Shown: positions 10,501 to 20,760, counted from the whole stretch's first letter. The stretch is 62,438 nucleotides of DNA, filler included, from 6 parts of 6 records of this genome joined end to end with filler, not necessarily neighbours in it, one strand, 5' to 3'. A program made the numbers and translations. Notes: generated by a model not told the origin, from the letters alone.

Positions 10501-11909
10501 TAACAGCTTCAACTGATATTCTTGGATTTTTACCAATGGCTATATCAATGTCAGCAGGTGCTGAGGTTCAAAGACCTTTGGCTACTGTAGTTATTGGAGG
10601 AATGTTGACATCCACCCTCTTAACATTAATTGTGCTTCCTGTATTATATAATTTGGTTGAATCAGACAAACTAAAGTTTAAAGCTCCCAAATTAAATACA
10701 GCCGTTATTACAGTTTTATTTGTTTTTGCTGGCTTAGGAATTACAAATACTTCAAATGCACAGGATGTAAACTCAATATCATTGCAGCAAGCCATTGACA
10801 GTGCAAAAGTGAATTACCCGTCTTTAAAGGCTGCATCTATGGAAATTGATAGGCAAAAAGCTTTAAAAGCCACTTCTTACGATTTTGGTAGTACCTCAAT
10901 TTACACAGGAAAAGAGGAAGTGGGGAACGGTTTTGCTGGTGTCCAAAATCAGTTAGGAGTTGCGCAATCTGACATTGATATATTTAGTATTCCGGCAAAA
11001 AGTAAATTGAGTAATGCCAATACCCACTTAGCAATTTCAAAGTTAGAATTAACTGAAAATGCATTAATTAGGGATGTAAGTATTGCTTGGTATAACGCTT
11101 ATTCAGCTAAAAAACAATGGCAATTATTTGCTCAACTCGACAGTATCTATGCTAATTTTTTAAAAGCTGCGGAACTACGGTTCAAGACACAGCAAACTTC
11201 TAAAGTTGAGTTTTTATCAGCCTCCGCCAAATACCAGGAACTTGTTGTAAACTTAAAGCAGGCTAAAAGTAAATACGAAGCATCATTGAAGGTTTTAAAT
11301 CAATATCTAATGTTCCCGGAAGGATTTGATATTGATGAACATGGAATGGAAGATGAAAATGCGTATAATTCAGTTCCTTCAATGGATTCTATTAATAGCT
11401 CTCCATTATTAGGTTTCTACCAAAAACAAGTGGATGTTTCAAATGCTTCATGGAAAGCTGAACGTTCTAATTTCTTACCAAAACTTGATTTGGGGTATAC
11501 GAAACAGACAGTTGATGGCCAGTCGGGTTTTTACGCATGGGAGGCAGGAATTTCAATACCCTTATTGTTTTTCTCTCAATCGGGAAAAACGAAAGCTGCA
11601 AAGATAAATTATGAAATTGCAGGACAGAGTTATAAGCAAAAACAGCTAGAATTAAATGCCACTTTTAAAGAGCTATACAGTCGATACCTGACAATGCTTG
11701 AGGTTCTGGAGTATTACAACAATGAGGCTCTCCCTCTGGCAGATGAACAAATCGAGGCAGCTAACTTAGGGTACAAATTGGGTAGTCTTGATTACATTCA
11801 GTTTATTCAAAATGTGGAGCTAGCTATCAAAACCAAACAGGATTTTTTATTCAATCTGTCAGAATATCATAATATAAAAGAACAATTAGAATTTATATCT
11901 GGTCAATAA
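7563..11909 (+). CDS. czcA: CusA/CzcA heavy-metal RND transporter fused to a C-terminal TolC/OEP-like domain
   Basis: DAVPDITNNQV, GAIDFGILIDGAVIIVE, RIRPILLTA and GAEVQRPLATVVIGG motifs, plus about 380 extra aa resembling an outer-membrane efflux protein. Confidence 0.92.
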   Translation: MINRIISFSIKNKALVGLMIVGLIIGGIYSMTKVPLDAVPDITNNQVLVITTAPNLGTEDIEQFVTYQVELGVANLPGVEEIRSVSRFGLSVVTIVFEDKMGTYLPRQLVSEALSEIKEKIPEGFAEPFMAPISTGLGEIYQYTLEVQPGFDTVYNDMELRTMQEWIVKRQMAMVPGVVEVNSFGGRGKQYEVSVNPDKLRSMGITMSDVFDALEANNQNTGGAYIEKNFQANFIRGEGLMRSLDDIENTLVTNKDGKPVFIRDVADVKFGSFVRYGAFTQNGKGDAVGGIVMMLKGANSNDVIKDVKTRMALIQKSLPEGIEIKSFLDRSKLIKSTTSTVAENLSLGALIVIFVLVIFLGNLRGGLIVASTIPLAMLFSFIMMHQFGVWANLMSLGAIDFGILIDGAVIIVESVIFYLHKNELIGTKLNKVKRNEIAYKSASKMMNSAFFGQLIILIVFIPVLALQGVEGKMFIPMAMTFGFAILGVVLLCLTYIPMMASIFLQPPKTNKKTWGDKVIAKLEGIYEPAIHWALKKTKLVLISAIVLLISGWFIFSKLGAEFTPQLDEGDFAFQAFLKPGTSLSEVQKASTRLEQIVLENFPDEVESIQSRIGVADLPMDPMPLDIADIFVILTPKDEWTKADSKQDLIEQVEEKVRELPGINYGFTQPIEMRFNELLTGIREDVAVKLYGVDLDVLSEKAEEIKGLISGIDGVAGVKAEATKGLPQITIKYNRNKLGRYGLNINELNTIVETAFSGGIAGVIYEGERMFDLVVRLDEEHRRSIDDIKNLYVNLPDGNQIPFKEVADISYQPGPMQIGRDNTNRRTYVGINVEGRDVKSLVEEIQQTLDEKLVLPTGYYIRYGGAFENLERASKRLALVVPLALALIFMLVFFAVKSLKQTLMIYIAVPFAAVGGIISLYLRGMPFSISAGVGFIVLFGVAVLNGLVLISGFNEMKAEGKFSLAEIITKGSIRRIRPILLTASTDILGFLPMAISMSAGAEVQRPLATVVIGGMLTSTLLTLIVLPVLYNLVESDKLKFKAPKLNTAVITVLFVFAGLGITNTSNAQDVNSISLQQAIDSAKVNYPSLKAASMEIDRQKALKATSYDFGSTSIYTGKEEVGNGFAGVQNQLGVAQSDIDIFSIPAKSKLSNANTHLAISKLELTENALIRDVSIAWYNAYSAKKQWQLFAQLDSIYANFLKAAELRFKTQQTSKVEFLSASAKYQELVVNLKQAKSKYEASLKVLNQYLMFPEGFDIDEHGMEDENAYNSVPSMDSINSSPLLGFYQKQVDVSNASWKAERSNFLPKLDLGYTKQTVDGQSGFYAWEAGISIPLLFFSQSGKTKAAKINYEIAGQSYKQKQLELNATFKELYSRYLTMLEVLEYYNNEALPLADEQIEAANLGYKLGSLDYIQFIQNVELAIKTKQDFLFNLSEYHNIKEQLEFISGQ

Positions 11910-11927
11910 TTTAAAAAATATAGAAAA

Positions 11928-13184
11928 ATGAAATCAAAAATATTTATAGCATTCATTGCATTTGCAACATTAATGTCTTGCAACGTTCAGAACAACAGTG
12001 AACATGAAGAAGAAGAAAACGAAGAACATGGTCCGGAAGGATTAGTTATTCTAAGCGAGAAACAACGAGATGCGTTGAAATTGGAATTAGGATCGTTCCA
12101 ACAACGTAACCTCACAACCTTAGTAAAAACCAATGGAGAATTGGAAGTGCCACCTTCTAGTATTGCAGATATTACTGCTATTATCGGAGGTAATGTAAAG
12201 GAGATACGAGTTTTTCATGGTGATAAAGTAAAAAAAGGACAGGTATTGGCAGTCCTAGAACATCCTGATTATATCTCGTTACAAGAAGAATTTTCAGAAA
12301 TAGCCAATAAACTTGAATTTCTTGAAAAGGAGTATAACCGTCAAAAAGAATTATTTGAAAATAACGTTGGAGCAGGTAAAGATTATCAGCAAGTAAAATC
12401 AGAGTACAATACAGCTAAATCCCGATATGAAGGATTAAAATCGCGTCTTCATCTATTAAATCTTTCACCCGAAAACGTTAAAAACGGTTCAATTTCGAAT
12501 ACCATCAGAATTATTTCTCCTATAAATGGATATGTAAATGAAATAAATATAAATGTTGGAACCTACGTTGATTCAAAAGATAAGCTAATGGAAGTGGTTG
12601 ATAATAACCGCATACATGCCGATTTTTTGGTGTTTGAAAATGATGTGCATCGTATTAAAGTAGGGCAAATAGTTGATTTTACAGTCTCTAACAAGCCGGG
12701 AGAAGAACTAAGTGCAAAGATTTTTGCTATTGGAAAAGAATTTGAAGCCAATTCAAGAGCTGTTCATATTCATGCTCATTTATTAAAAATGCAAACAGGA
12801 TTAATTCCGGGAATGTATATATCGGGTCATATTCACACCGACAAGAATTATACCCAAGCCCTTCCTGATAATGCTATTGTTACGGAGGGTACAAAATCGT
12901 TTATATTCGTTTTAGACCAGGAAGCATTAGAAGAATATAAAGAAGAAATGGAAGAGAATGAAAGCAATGAAGAAGAACACGAAGAAGAAGGTGAAGAAGA
13001 AATTGAAATAGGTGAAGATGCTATGGCATTTAGGATGGTTGAAGTTGTTACAGGACAGAAAGATGGTGGATATACAGAAGTGAAATTACTTGATTCTTTA
13101 CCTGAGAATACACAAATAGTAATGAATGCTGCATATTATTTGTTATCTGATTTGAAAAAAGGTGAAGCTGGCGATGATGATTAA
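11928..13184 (+). CDS. RND periplasmic adaptor (CzcB-like membrane fusion lipoprotein)
   Basis: Lipobox LMSC, biotinyl/lipoyl-like GDKVKKGQVLA, SPINGYV and LIPGMY, with Glu-rich segments. Confidence 0.9.
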   Translation: MKSKIFIAFIAFATLMSCNVQNNSEHEEEENEEHGPEGLVILSEKQRDALKLELGSFQQRNLTTLVKTNGELEVPPSSIADITAIIGGNVKEIRVFHGDKVKKGQVLAVLEHPDYISLQEEFSEIANKLEFLEKEYNRQKELFENNVGAGKDYQQVKSEYNTAKSRYEGLKSRLHLLNLSPENVKNGSISNTIRIISPINGYVNEININVGTYVDSKDKLMEVVDNNRIHADFLVFENDVHRIKVGQIVDFTVSNKPGEELSAKIFAIGKEFEANSRAVHIHAHLLKMQTGLIPGMYISGHIHTDKNYTQALPDNAIVTEGTKSFIFVLDQEALEEYKEEMEENESNEEEHEEEGEEEIEIGEDAMAFRMVEVVTGQKDGGYTEVKLLDSLPENTQIVMNAAYYLLSDLKKGEAGDDD

Positions 13185-13201
13185 TTACTAAATCTAAAAT
13201 T

Positions 13202-13531
13202 ATGAAAGAAATAAAAGCATTTATACGTCCCAATAAGGTGAATGATATAGTACTACACCTGAAAGAAGCCGGGTTTGAAAATATAACCATTTCTTCAGCT
13301 GAAGGAACAGGGAAATTTCAGGACGAAAACGCATTTGTGTCCCAAAAGTTTTCTATTACAGATAGCGAAGTAGCTAAAATTGAACTTGTAGTAAATAAAA
13401 CAAAAGTTGAAAATGTAGTCCAACTTATTTCAGATTATGGGGAAACATTAAATCCCGGGGATGGGATTATCTATGTATCAGATGTGATTCAGGCTTACCG
13501 TGTTAAAACAGGTGATGTAGCAGAGTTTTAA
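13202..13531 (+). CDS. P-II family protein associated with metal efflux
   Basis: MKEIKAFIRP...KIELVV...GDGIIYVSDV...RVKTG, the P-II fold signature. Confidence 0.88.
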   Translation: MKEIKAFIRPNKVNDIVLHLKEAGFENITISSAEGTGKFQDENAFVSQKFSITDSEVAKIELVVNKTKVENVVQLISDYGETLNPGDGIIYVSDVIQAYRVKTGDVAEF

Positions 13532-13560
13532 AGTAGCATTTTGCAATAATAATTAGGGGG

Positions 13561-13660
13561 NNNNNNNNNNNNNNNNNNNNNNNNNNNNNNNNNNNNNNNN
13601 NNNNTTAATTAATTAANNNNNNNNNNNNNNNNNNNNNNNNNNNNNNNNNNNNNNNNNNNN
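13561..13660. other. Artificial contig-joining spacer
   Basis: Same N44-TTAATTAATTAA-N44 linker. Confidence 0.99.
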
Positions 13661-14161
13661 TTTTTTCAGTCTCAACAAGGAAAAAAGCTGCTCGAAGCGC
13701 AGGGATTCAAGCCTGAACCAAAACTGCTTGCGGAACGGCTTAACGTAAAGGAAAAAGAAGTCGTCGAAATGAGCCAGCGTATGGATAGTTGGGATGTGTC
13801 GCTGGAGAGCCCTGTCAAGAACGATTCGGACGATGAGCAGAAGAGCTTTATTCCGAGCGATGACCCGAGTATCGAGTCCAAAATTGCCGGGAAGGAGATG
13901 AAGCTCAGGCTTTCTGAGTTGCTTGAGAAACTCAAGGATAATCTTAACGACAAGGAGCGGATGATTCTTGAAGACCGGCTCCTGACAGATGAGCCGATGA
14001 CGTTGCAGAATATCGCGGATCAGTTCGATATTTCAAGGGAGCGGGTACGGCAGATAGAGGTAAATCTGCTCGCGAAGATGAAAAAATATCTCGAATCGGA
14101 GATGCCGGATATCGTCGATTTCTTTGATGGTGATAAAATTATCGTCAATGCGTCTGATTGA
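13661..14161 (+). CDS. rpoH: RNA polymerase sigma-32 (RpoH-like), C-terminal part
   Basis: Region 4 TLQNIADQFDISRERVRQIE. Adding one A to the A6 run at 13681-13686 restores FFSLNKEKKLLE, the end of the RpoH box. Confidence 0.8.
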   Translation, partial: FFQSQQGKKLLEAQGFKPEPKLLAERLNVKEKEVVEMSQRMDSWDVSLESPVKNDSDDEQKSFIPSDDPSIESKIAGKEMKLRLSELLEKLKDNLNDKERMILEDRLLTDEPMTLQNIADQFDISRERVRQIEVNLLAKMKKYLESEMPDIVDFFDGDKIIVNASD

Positions 14162-14232
14162 TTTACCCGTTTCGTTTCCTCCTCCTTCCCCCCAATAATA
14201 AATAATATTTGCCTGAAGAAACAGAACCTGCC

Positions 14233-15411
14233 ATGAACGTACCGTTGCTTGACCTTACCCCTACCCTCCAAGAGCAGAGAGATGAAATTATTGAAACAGT
14301 CACCCGGGTCGTTGATTCAACCCGCTATATCCAGGGGCCTGAGGTAGAAGGACTCGAGCAGGAGATTGCCGACTATTGCGGAGTGGATCATGCCATCGGC
14401 GTGTCCAGCGGTACCGATGCACTTCTCGTATCGCTCATGGCTCTTGATGTGGGGGAAGGGGACCTGGTACTGACTACTCCCTATTCATTTTTCGCGACAA
14501 TGGGGGTGGTTCTGAGACTCGGTGCCCGGCCGGTTTTCGCAGATATTGACCCGGTCAGTTTCAATATTGACCCCGACCGGATCGAAGAAATTCTCAAAGA
14601 GGATGTCGAAAGACGCATCAAGGCTATAATACCGGTACATTTGTACGGGCAGGCTGCTGATATGGCTGCCATCAGCGCGGTTGCCGATGCATACGGTGTA
14701 CCGGTGATCGAAGATGCCGCTCAGGCGATAGGTACCGAATATCCTGTTTCGAGCGACGGTACTACCTGGAAGAAGGCAGGTGCCATGGGGGTTGGGGGCT
14801 GTTTCTCGTTCTTCCCAAGCAAGAACCTCGGCGCCATTGGGGACGGCGGCATGGTTGTCAGTTCTGACGAGTCGTTCGCCCGCAAAGTGCGGCTTCTGAG
14901 AAACCATGGTGGAGAGCCAAAGTATTATCATTCACTGGTGGGGGGCAATTTCAGGATCGACCCGATTCAAGCGGCTGTTCTGCGGATAAAGCTGAAAAAT
15001 CTCGAAAAATGGCATCGCCAGCGACGGGATAACGCAGGACGTTATAATGAGCTCTTTGAATATGAAATTCAGAAAGGGTCGGTTGCGATCACCACACCGG
15101 TAGCGCTGTATGAAGATACCGCGACAGCATCCGGCTATGAAGCAAATTTTCACATTTATAATCAATATATTCTCAGGGTCGCGGAGCGTGACAAACTGCG
15201 GGAATGGCTACAGGAAAAGCAGATTGCCACCGAAATCTATTACCCCCTTGGTCTGCATCAGCAGGAATGTCTGACCAGGCTTCAGGCGACTCCTCCGATG
15301 CCCAATACCGAAAAGGCATCTGCTGAAACCCTGGCCTTGCCTATCTACCCCGGCCTCACTCCCGAGATGCAGGAATATGTTGTAAAATCCATTGCAGAAT
15401 TTTATAGATAG
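14233..15411 (+). CDS. DegT/DnrJ/EryC1/StrS PLP-dependent sugar aminotransferase
   Basis: VSSGTDAL, PVHLYGQ, IEDAAQAIG and FSFFPSKNLGAIGDGG (PLP lysine). Confidence 0.93.
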   Translation: MNVPLLDLTPTLQEQRDEIIETVTRVVDSTRYIQGPEVEGLEQEIADYCGVDHAIGVSSGTDALLVSLMALDVGEGDLVLTTPYSFFATMGVVLRLGARPVFADIDPVSFNIDPDRIEEILKEDVERRIKAIIPVHLYGQAADMAAISAVADAYGVPVIEDAAQAIGTEYPVSSDGTTWKKAGAMGVGGCFSFFPSKNLGAIGDGGMVVSSDESFARKVRLLRNHGGEPKYYHSLVGGNFRIDPIQAAVLRIKLKNLEKWHRQRRDNAGRYNELFEYEIQKGSVAITTPVALYEDTATASGYEANFHIYNQYILRVAERDKLREWLQEKQIATEIYYPLGLHQQECLTRLQATPPMPNTEKASAETLALPIYPGLTPEMQEYVVKSIAEFYR

Positions 15412-15517
15412 ATAAGATTTTATTCGTTCATCTCGATATTCTTATGGGTGGATCCTTTCAACTGTTCCTCCTCGTGATGGAGCTCTTACGGAAAGGCGGC
15501 CCGTGAATAGATAGCAG

Positions 15518-18500
15518 ATGACCCTGCACGCAAGCGGAGAAAGCGGTCCCGGCCAATCATTGTGGAGAAAAGAAAAAAACTTTCCAACCGCATTCTGCGG
15601 TCTACTCTATCTCTTCATTGCAGGCCTGTTTTCCGTCTACTGGGCAGGTGCCGCTCCGCTGACTCCTGAGAAAAATGTTACGGTAGTAAATAAGGAAAAC
15701 CTTACTCCACAGTGGAAACAGCTGTGGGATGAAGCGCGGGATTTTTCCCAAAACAGGATTTCGATAACGCAATTGACAGGTATCTCGAGGTTCTTGAGAT
15801 TAAACCTCATATCGAAGCGGTGAGATGGGAGCTGAGCCGGACCTATCTGGTTAAGCGGGACTATGACAAAGCGTTGGTTATTCTGCAGGGGCTGCTTGAA
15901 GTAACTCCCGGGAAAACAGACTATCTTGTCAGTGCCGGGGAGGCTGCTCTGCAGCAGCAGAAACCGGAACTGGCCGCACGGTATTTCGGGCAGGTTTTGG
16001 CAGCTCATCCCGATGGACCTTTATCGCAGGCCGCCTTGCGCGGAATGGTAGATGCACTGTGGGTGCAGGGTAAATCAGACTTTTCTATCCCATTGATGGA
16101 GCAGTTGTTCCGGCGTGGGGAGATCGATCCCGGCCTGTTGCGCAGACTTGCGCGTTCCTACGTTAAACGGGAGGATTTTCAGAACGGGGCCTTCTATTAT
16201 CGAGAACTTATCGCTAAATACCGTGTTGATGACGCTGTCCTTTTCGAGGCTGCATTGGTGTATGAAGAAGTCGCGGCTTTCGAAGAAGCGGCAGATTTGT
16301 GGGAGCGCTACCTGGGAGCGCATCCGGATCGAAGTCATATCCGTATCAAACTTGCTGATTTTTATCTAGCCAACGGGGCGCGCCTGGATGCACTGCCCCA
16401 TATGCTTTATCTGATTGAGCATAACATTGATAGCAAACGTTATCTGCTACCGGTGGCAAGAACCTACCTGTACGAACAGGGACGCACTGACAGAGCCCTG
16501 TACTATTTCGAGAAATATCGCAAAGATTTTCCGGATGGAATCGATGTCTCGGATAAGATCGCATGGCTTCAGATAATCGTCGCAAACGATCTTCTTGCAA
16601 TTGTTGAAAATGATGGAGTTTGGAGGTTGTGGCGAGACCTGGCTGAGGTTACCCCGGATCGAATAGGCATCTATCGCGCGATGGTCGAAATGCTCAGGAA
16701 TATGGGGAAGGAAAAAGAAACCGAGCTCATTGAAATCCTTAAAATTATTTATGCCCATCATCCTGATGACATCGACATTATTTCGCAACTGGTAGCAAGT
16801 TATAAAAAAACAGGACGGATTTCGGAGTGCAATGAATTCATGGATCGGGCCGAATCCTTGAATAAGGAGAGAGCCGAGTTTTATCTTCTTCGAGCCGACT
16901 GTGAACATGCAGCAGGTGATGACCGGGGCCGTCTGCACAGTTATACATCCTACCTGAAGCTGGTTCCCGAAGATCAGGAAGTGGCAATAAGCGCACTTCG
17001 CCTTGCCGGCACCCTCGGCCTGGTCAATCAACTGGATCAGATTCACAACAATTTCCAAAGTGCGGATTCTGCTTCTCTGATCAGGGTCGATCACTCGTAT
17101 GCATCAGAGTTACTCAGAAATGGCCTGGCACGAAAAGCGGAGGCTTTTCTCGAAGGATCTGAGCCGGCGGAAGAAGATCACTCTGAGCCGATGCCGCTTG
17201 CTCGAAAAATGGCTGCACTTGATCTCAAACAGAATCGACCCTACAAGGGGGAGCAGCGTGTCAGGGAGTATGGTGCGAACAATTCTGCTCCGCTGGACGG
17301 ATATCTTCTGCTTGCCGATTTCTTTATCAGGAAAAATGATATTTACTCTGCAGGGATCTGGCACGAGGCAATCGAATCCAGTTCCCGGTCGATGAGTGCT
17401 TCTCAGAAAAGTTTCAAATTCCACCAGAATCTGCTGATTGACCGTGCTCTTACTAAGGTGGATGTGTATCAGCGGGCCCTGACCTATCTCAATGACAGGT
17501 TGAAGAGCAATCGGGTAATCGCCGAAGATGTTGATGTTCTCTTGTTCAGCGCATGGCATTTCCTTGAAACCAATCGATTCGAAGACTGCATCAGACTGAT
17601 CAACCGTTTCCGTCAGAAGTTCAAAGGAGTTGACAGCGTTGCGGCAATGCTCGTTATCGCTCGAAAAGAGAAGGCTGGTCGAAACAGCTCATGGGCAGAC
17701 ATATCTCTTGATAAGGTATCGTTATCAATACGTATGGCTGTTGCTGAACAGCTTGCAAAACTTGGGAGATTCGAAGATGCGGAGACGGTACTGTCGCGAG
17801 TCGCGGTGGAACTCCCCGAATCGATTCGCCTCAGGGTACTTCTCGCAGACGTCCATATGGCGATGCTTTCCTACGGCAAAGCCGAGGCTATCTATAAAGA
17901 CCTCAGTCGCATGTGGGAGCAGGAATCATTTTTCAGCGAACAGCTGTTCCGGATAGAAAACCTGCAGGGCAGGGCTGAGCTTATTTTTCAGGAATTCAAG
18001 GTAGGTATTGACGACTCCGGCCGAAAAAACACCATTGTTACAAATCGTGAATCGCTAGATTATACAGAGCTCAAGCTGATGTGGGCACGGTCCTTGTGGA
18101 GTGCCGATGAATGGGAGGCTTCGCTGGATGTATACGGATTACTCGATACGGAGATGAAACGTACGCTCGACCGGATGGCTGAGGGACTCAAACGGATTCC
18201 GTTGGACTCGTTTCCACCGGAAATCAATGAAGCCGTGGAGCGCGGTCTGACGTTTGACGATTCAGAGATGATCGATCTCATTATGTCTCAGGAGTTTGTT
18301 GCAGAGAATCTCAACGGCATCGTCACGCAAACGAGCAGCCGCTATTTCGACGCGTATCGCTGGGGGAAAATTATCGGCAAAGAGTTGACCGCAAAATCAT
18401 CTCTCAAGGCCAGAGAGTTTTATCAGGCGGAACTCGACTATAAGGTTTTGTTACAGGAAGAAGCGGAAGTAATGAAGCCTGTTTACTCAGATCTGGCAAC

Positions 18501-19523
18501 AGTTTATGGGCGACTGGGGAGATATCGTGAAGAAACCGAACTTCTCGAGAAGATAAAGGAGACCAATGTCTATTATCCGGAACTGTCCCAGATTACGGAA
18601 AAAAACATTCGACGCAGGCAACCGCAGTTGTTGGTTGAAGGGATTTATCGTGAAGAGGAAGGCAGAGACGGGGCAATTGATATTATCGAGCAGAGCGCTG
18701 GAGTCGGTCTCCAGGTACGGCCGTCTCTCTACCAGGATGTTGGATTGCTATTCACACACAGTCAGTATGGTAACAGCGATTCTTCCTCGCTTGGTGACAG
18801 CAACACGCTGTTGGGGAATTATCGCATTCAAATCAGCGATACGATTGAAGGCTCTGCCAAACTGGGTGTAGAGGATTTCAGTGCGGACGGAGATACCCTT
18901 TTGTTATACGATTTGATGCTTCGAGGGACGCTTGAACAGCGAGTGGAGCTTTACGGGGGGTAAAGCAGGAACCGGTAGATGATACGTTGGATGCCCTGCT
19001 GGAGGGCCTGTATCGAAGGGATATCCAAGTCGGGTTTTCGCTTGATTATTTTTTCGGAATGTTTTTCGGGTTCGATATCGATTTTCTTGATTACAGTGAC
19101 GAAAATGAGGGTAAACGCTATTACCTCTGGAGTTCGTATCGTTGGTTCGGTGAGCGCAGCGCGGTGGATCTCACATACAGTTATCTGAATCTGCAACATG
19201 AACAGACCAATGAACTGGCAGAAGAAGCAGGTGTCGGCTACGAAATCCCTTATTGGAGCCCCGGTGATTATTGGAAACATCGTCTGTCGGCAATGTACAA
19301 GGTGGAATTATGGCCGACAGGGCGGTTGCAGAGCGGCACCGGGTCGTTCAGCGCACTGTACGGAGTAGGTTATGAAAAAGGTGATTCGCTTGTTCACGAG
19401 ATCGATTTGAATATTTTGCTTGAAATCACCACATCATTTCTAGTAAAAGGGACACTTTCGACGACTTTATCGGATGATTACGACCAGCTGAAAGGATATC
19501 TGTCCTTGATTTATCGCTGGTAA
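15518..19523 (+). CDS. Large secreted TPR-repeat protein with C-terminal beta-barrel-like domain (about 1335 aa when repaired), split by two homopolymer frameshifts
   Basis: The three ORFs join with +A at A4 15750-15753 and +G at G6 18955-18960. N-terminal hydrophobic segment, many TPR-like helices, amphipathic strands and terminal YLSLIYRW. Confidence 0.8.
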
Positions 19524-19596
19524 CAAAAGAACGTTTGTATGGACCTGCGAATCAGTCATATGGCTGGAGCAGGATTTTTTTTTCCAGGAGGATTGA

Positions 19597-20082
19597 ATGG
19601 TAACACGAATTCCAATGTCGAAAACAGGACATCAGAATTTACGGGATGAGCTTGGCAGACTGGAGCGAAAAGATAGAATCGACGTGATGAAGGCTATTGA
19701 AGTGGCACGGGGCCACGGTGATCTCAAGGAAAACGCCGAGTATCATGCTGCAAAGGAACGGCAGGGACATATTGAGGGGCGTATTCTTGAATTGAAAGAC
19801 AAGTTGAGTAGAGCTGAGATTATCGACTGTACGAAAGTACGCGATGACCGGGTCGTGTTCGGTACCGTTGTCAACCTGCTGGACCTCGATACAGACGAGG
19901 AAATCAGTTACCAGCTCCTGGGGCCCGAGGAGTCTGATGTGAAAAACGGTTCGATATCGGTGTTGTCGCCGCTTGGGAAAAGCCTGATTGGGAAAGAGAT
20001 TGGAGACGAAGTCCTGGCTCAGACACCGGGCGGTAATAGAGAGTTTGAAGTGATGGATATCTCTGCTTCTGACGTCGCCTGA
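19597..20082 (+). CDS. greA: Transcription elongation factor GreA
   Basis: ARGHGDLKENAEYHAAKE and ISVLSPLGKSLIGK motifs, with a GGAGG RBS. Confidence 0.96.
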   Translation: MVTRIPMSKTGHQNLRDELGRLERKDRIDVMKAIEVARGHGDLKENAEYHAAKERQGHIEGRILELKDKLSRAEIIDCTKVRDDRVVFGTVVNLLDLDTDEEISYQLLGPEESDVKNGSISVLSPLGKSLIGKEIGDEVLAQTPGGNREFEVMDISASDVA

Positions 20083-20141
20083 GCACGCCCGGATCCTCTT
20101 TCTACCGAACTTCTTTCGCGATCTTCCTGCTGCAGCTTCTG

Positions 20142-20732
20142 TCAGCCGCTCCGGGCACACATTCCAACAACGAACAGGGCGATTATCTGTTCGGTCGTTT
20201 CTTCGAGCGTATATTGAGATGTGTTCGGGGTGGTCCATATACGTGAGACTTCATCAAGAGCACCAAAAAAAGCGCGTTTAGCGATTCCCGGCAGGATATC
20301 CTGTCGGTAAATCCCCTGTTCCTGTCCTTGTCGAATGATATCGGAAATAAGGTCAATATATTCTTTGAACGTGTTATTCCTGTATTCCTTGACCAGACGG
20401 TCACTCTGGCGTAATTCGATGTGAATGACCTCTGCCAGGTTCTTATTGTTTTTCATTGCAGCCAGATGCTTTTCGATGAATATCATCAGCATGCGTTCAG
20501 GATCGGTTTCCTTCTCGATGGCCTTTTCAATCTGCTCTATTATTTTACCGATTTCCTCTTCAAGTACTGAAATCAGGATATCGAACTTGTTGTTGAAGTA
20601 GAGGTATATGGTACCATCCGCAACCTTCGCCTCCTTGGCGATATCGGAAATACGCGCGTTGAAGAAGCCTTTCTTGGCAAAAACCTTCGTAGCGGCTACA
20701 ATAATTTTATTATGCTTATCAACCGATTTCAT
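20142..20732 (-). CDS. TetR-family regulator, FadR(YsiA)-like
   Basis: HTH KGFFNARISDIAKEAKVADGTIYLYF and IELRQS, with a FadR-type box directly upstream. Confidence 0.88.
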   Translation of the reverse strand: MKSVDKHNKIIVAATKVFAKKGFFNARISDIAKEAKVADGTIYLYFNNKFDILISVLEEEIGKIIEQIEKAIEKETDPERMLMIFIEKHLAAMKNNKNLAEVIHIELRQSDRLVKEYRNNTFKEYIDLISDIIRQGQEQGIYRQDILPGIAKRAFFGALDEVSRIWTTPNTSQYTLEETTEQIIALFVVGMCARSG

Positions 20733-20760
20733 AGCTGAAAGGGATAGGAGGAATATGTTG

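Noticed and set aside
15518-19523. Programmed frameshifting or phase variation in the TPR gene (TTTTTCCCAAAAC and G6)
   Set aside because: The runs are short, and the same kind of indel hits housekeeping genes in unrelated contigs, so sequencing error is more parsimonious.
19639-20238. Long antisense or alternate-frame ORFs (e.g. 199 aa opposite greA, 215 aa at 16447-17094, 159 aa at 49348-49827)
   Set aside because: Shadow ORFs overlapping well-supported genes, with no recognisable motifs.
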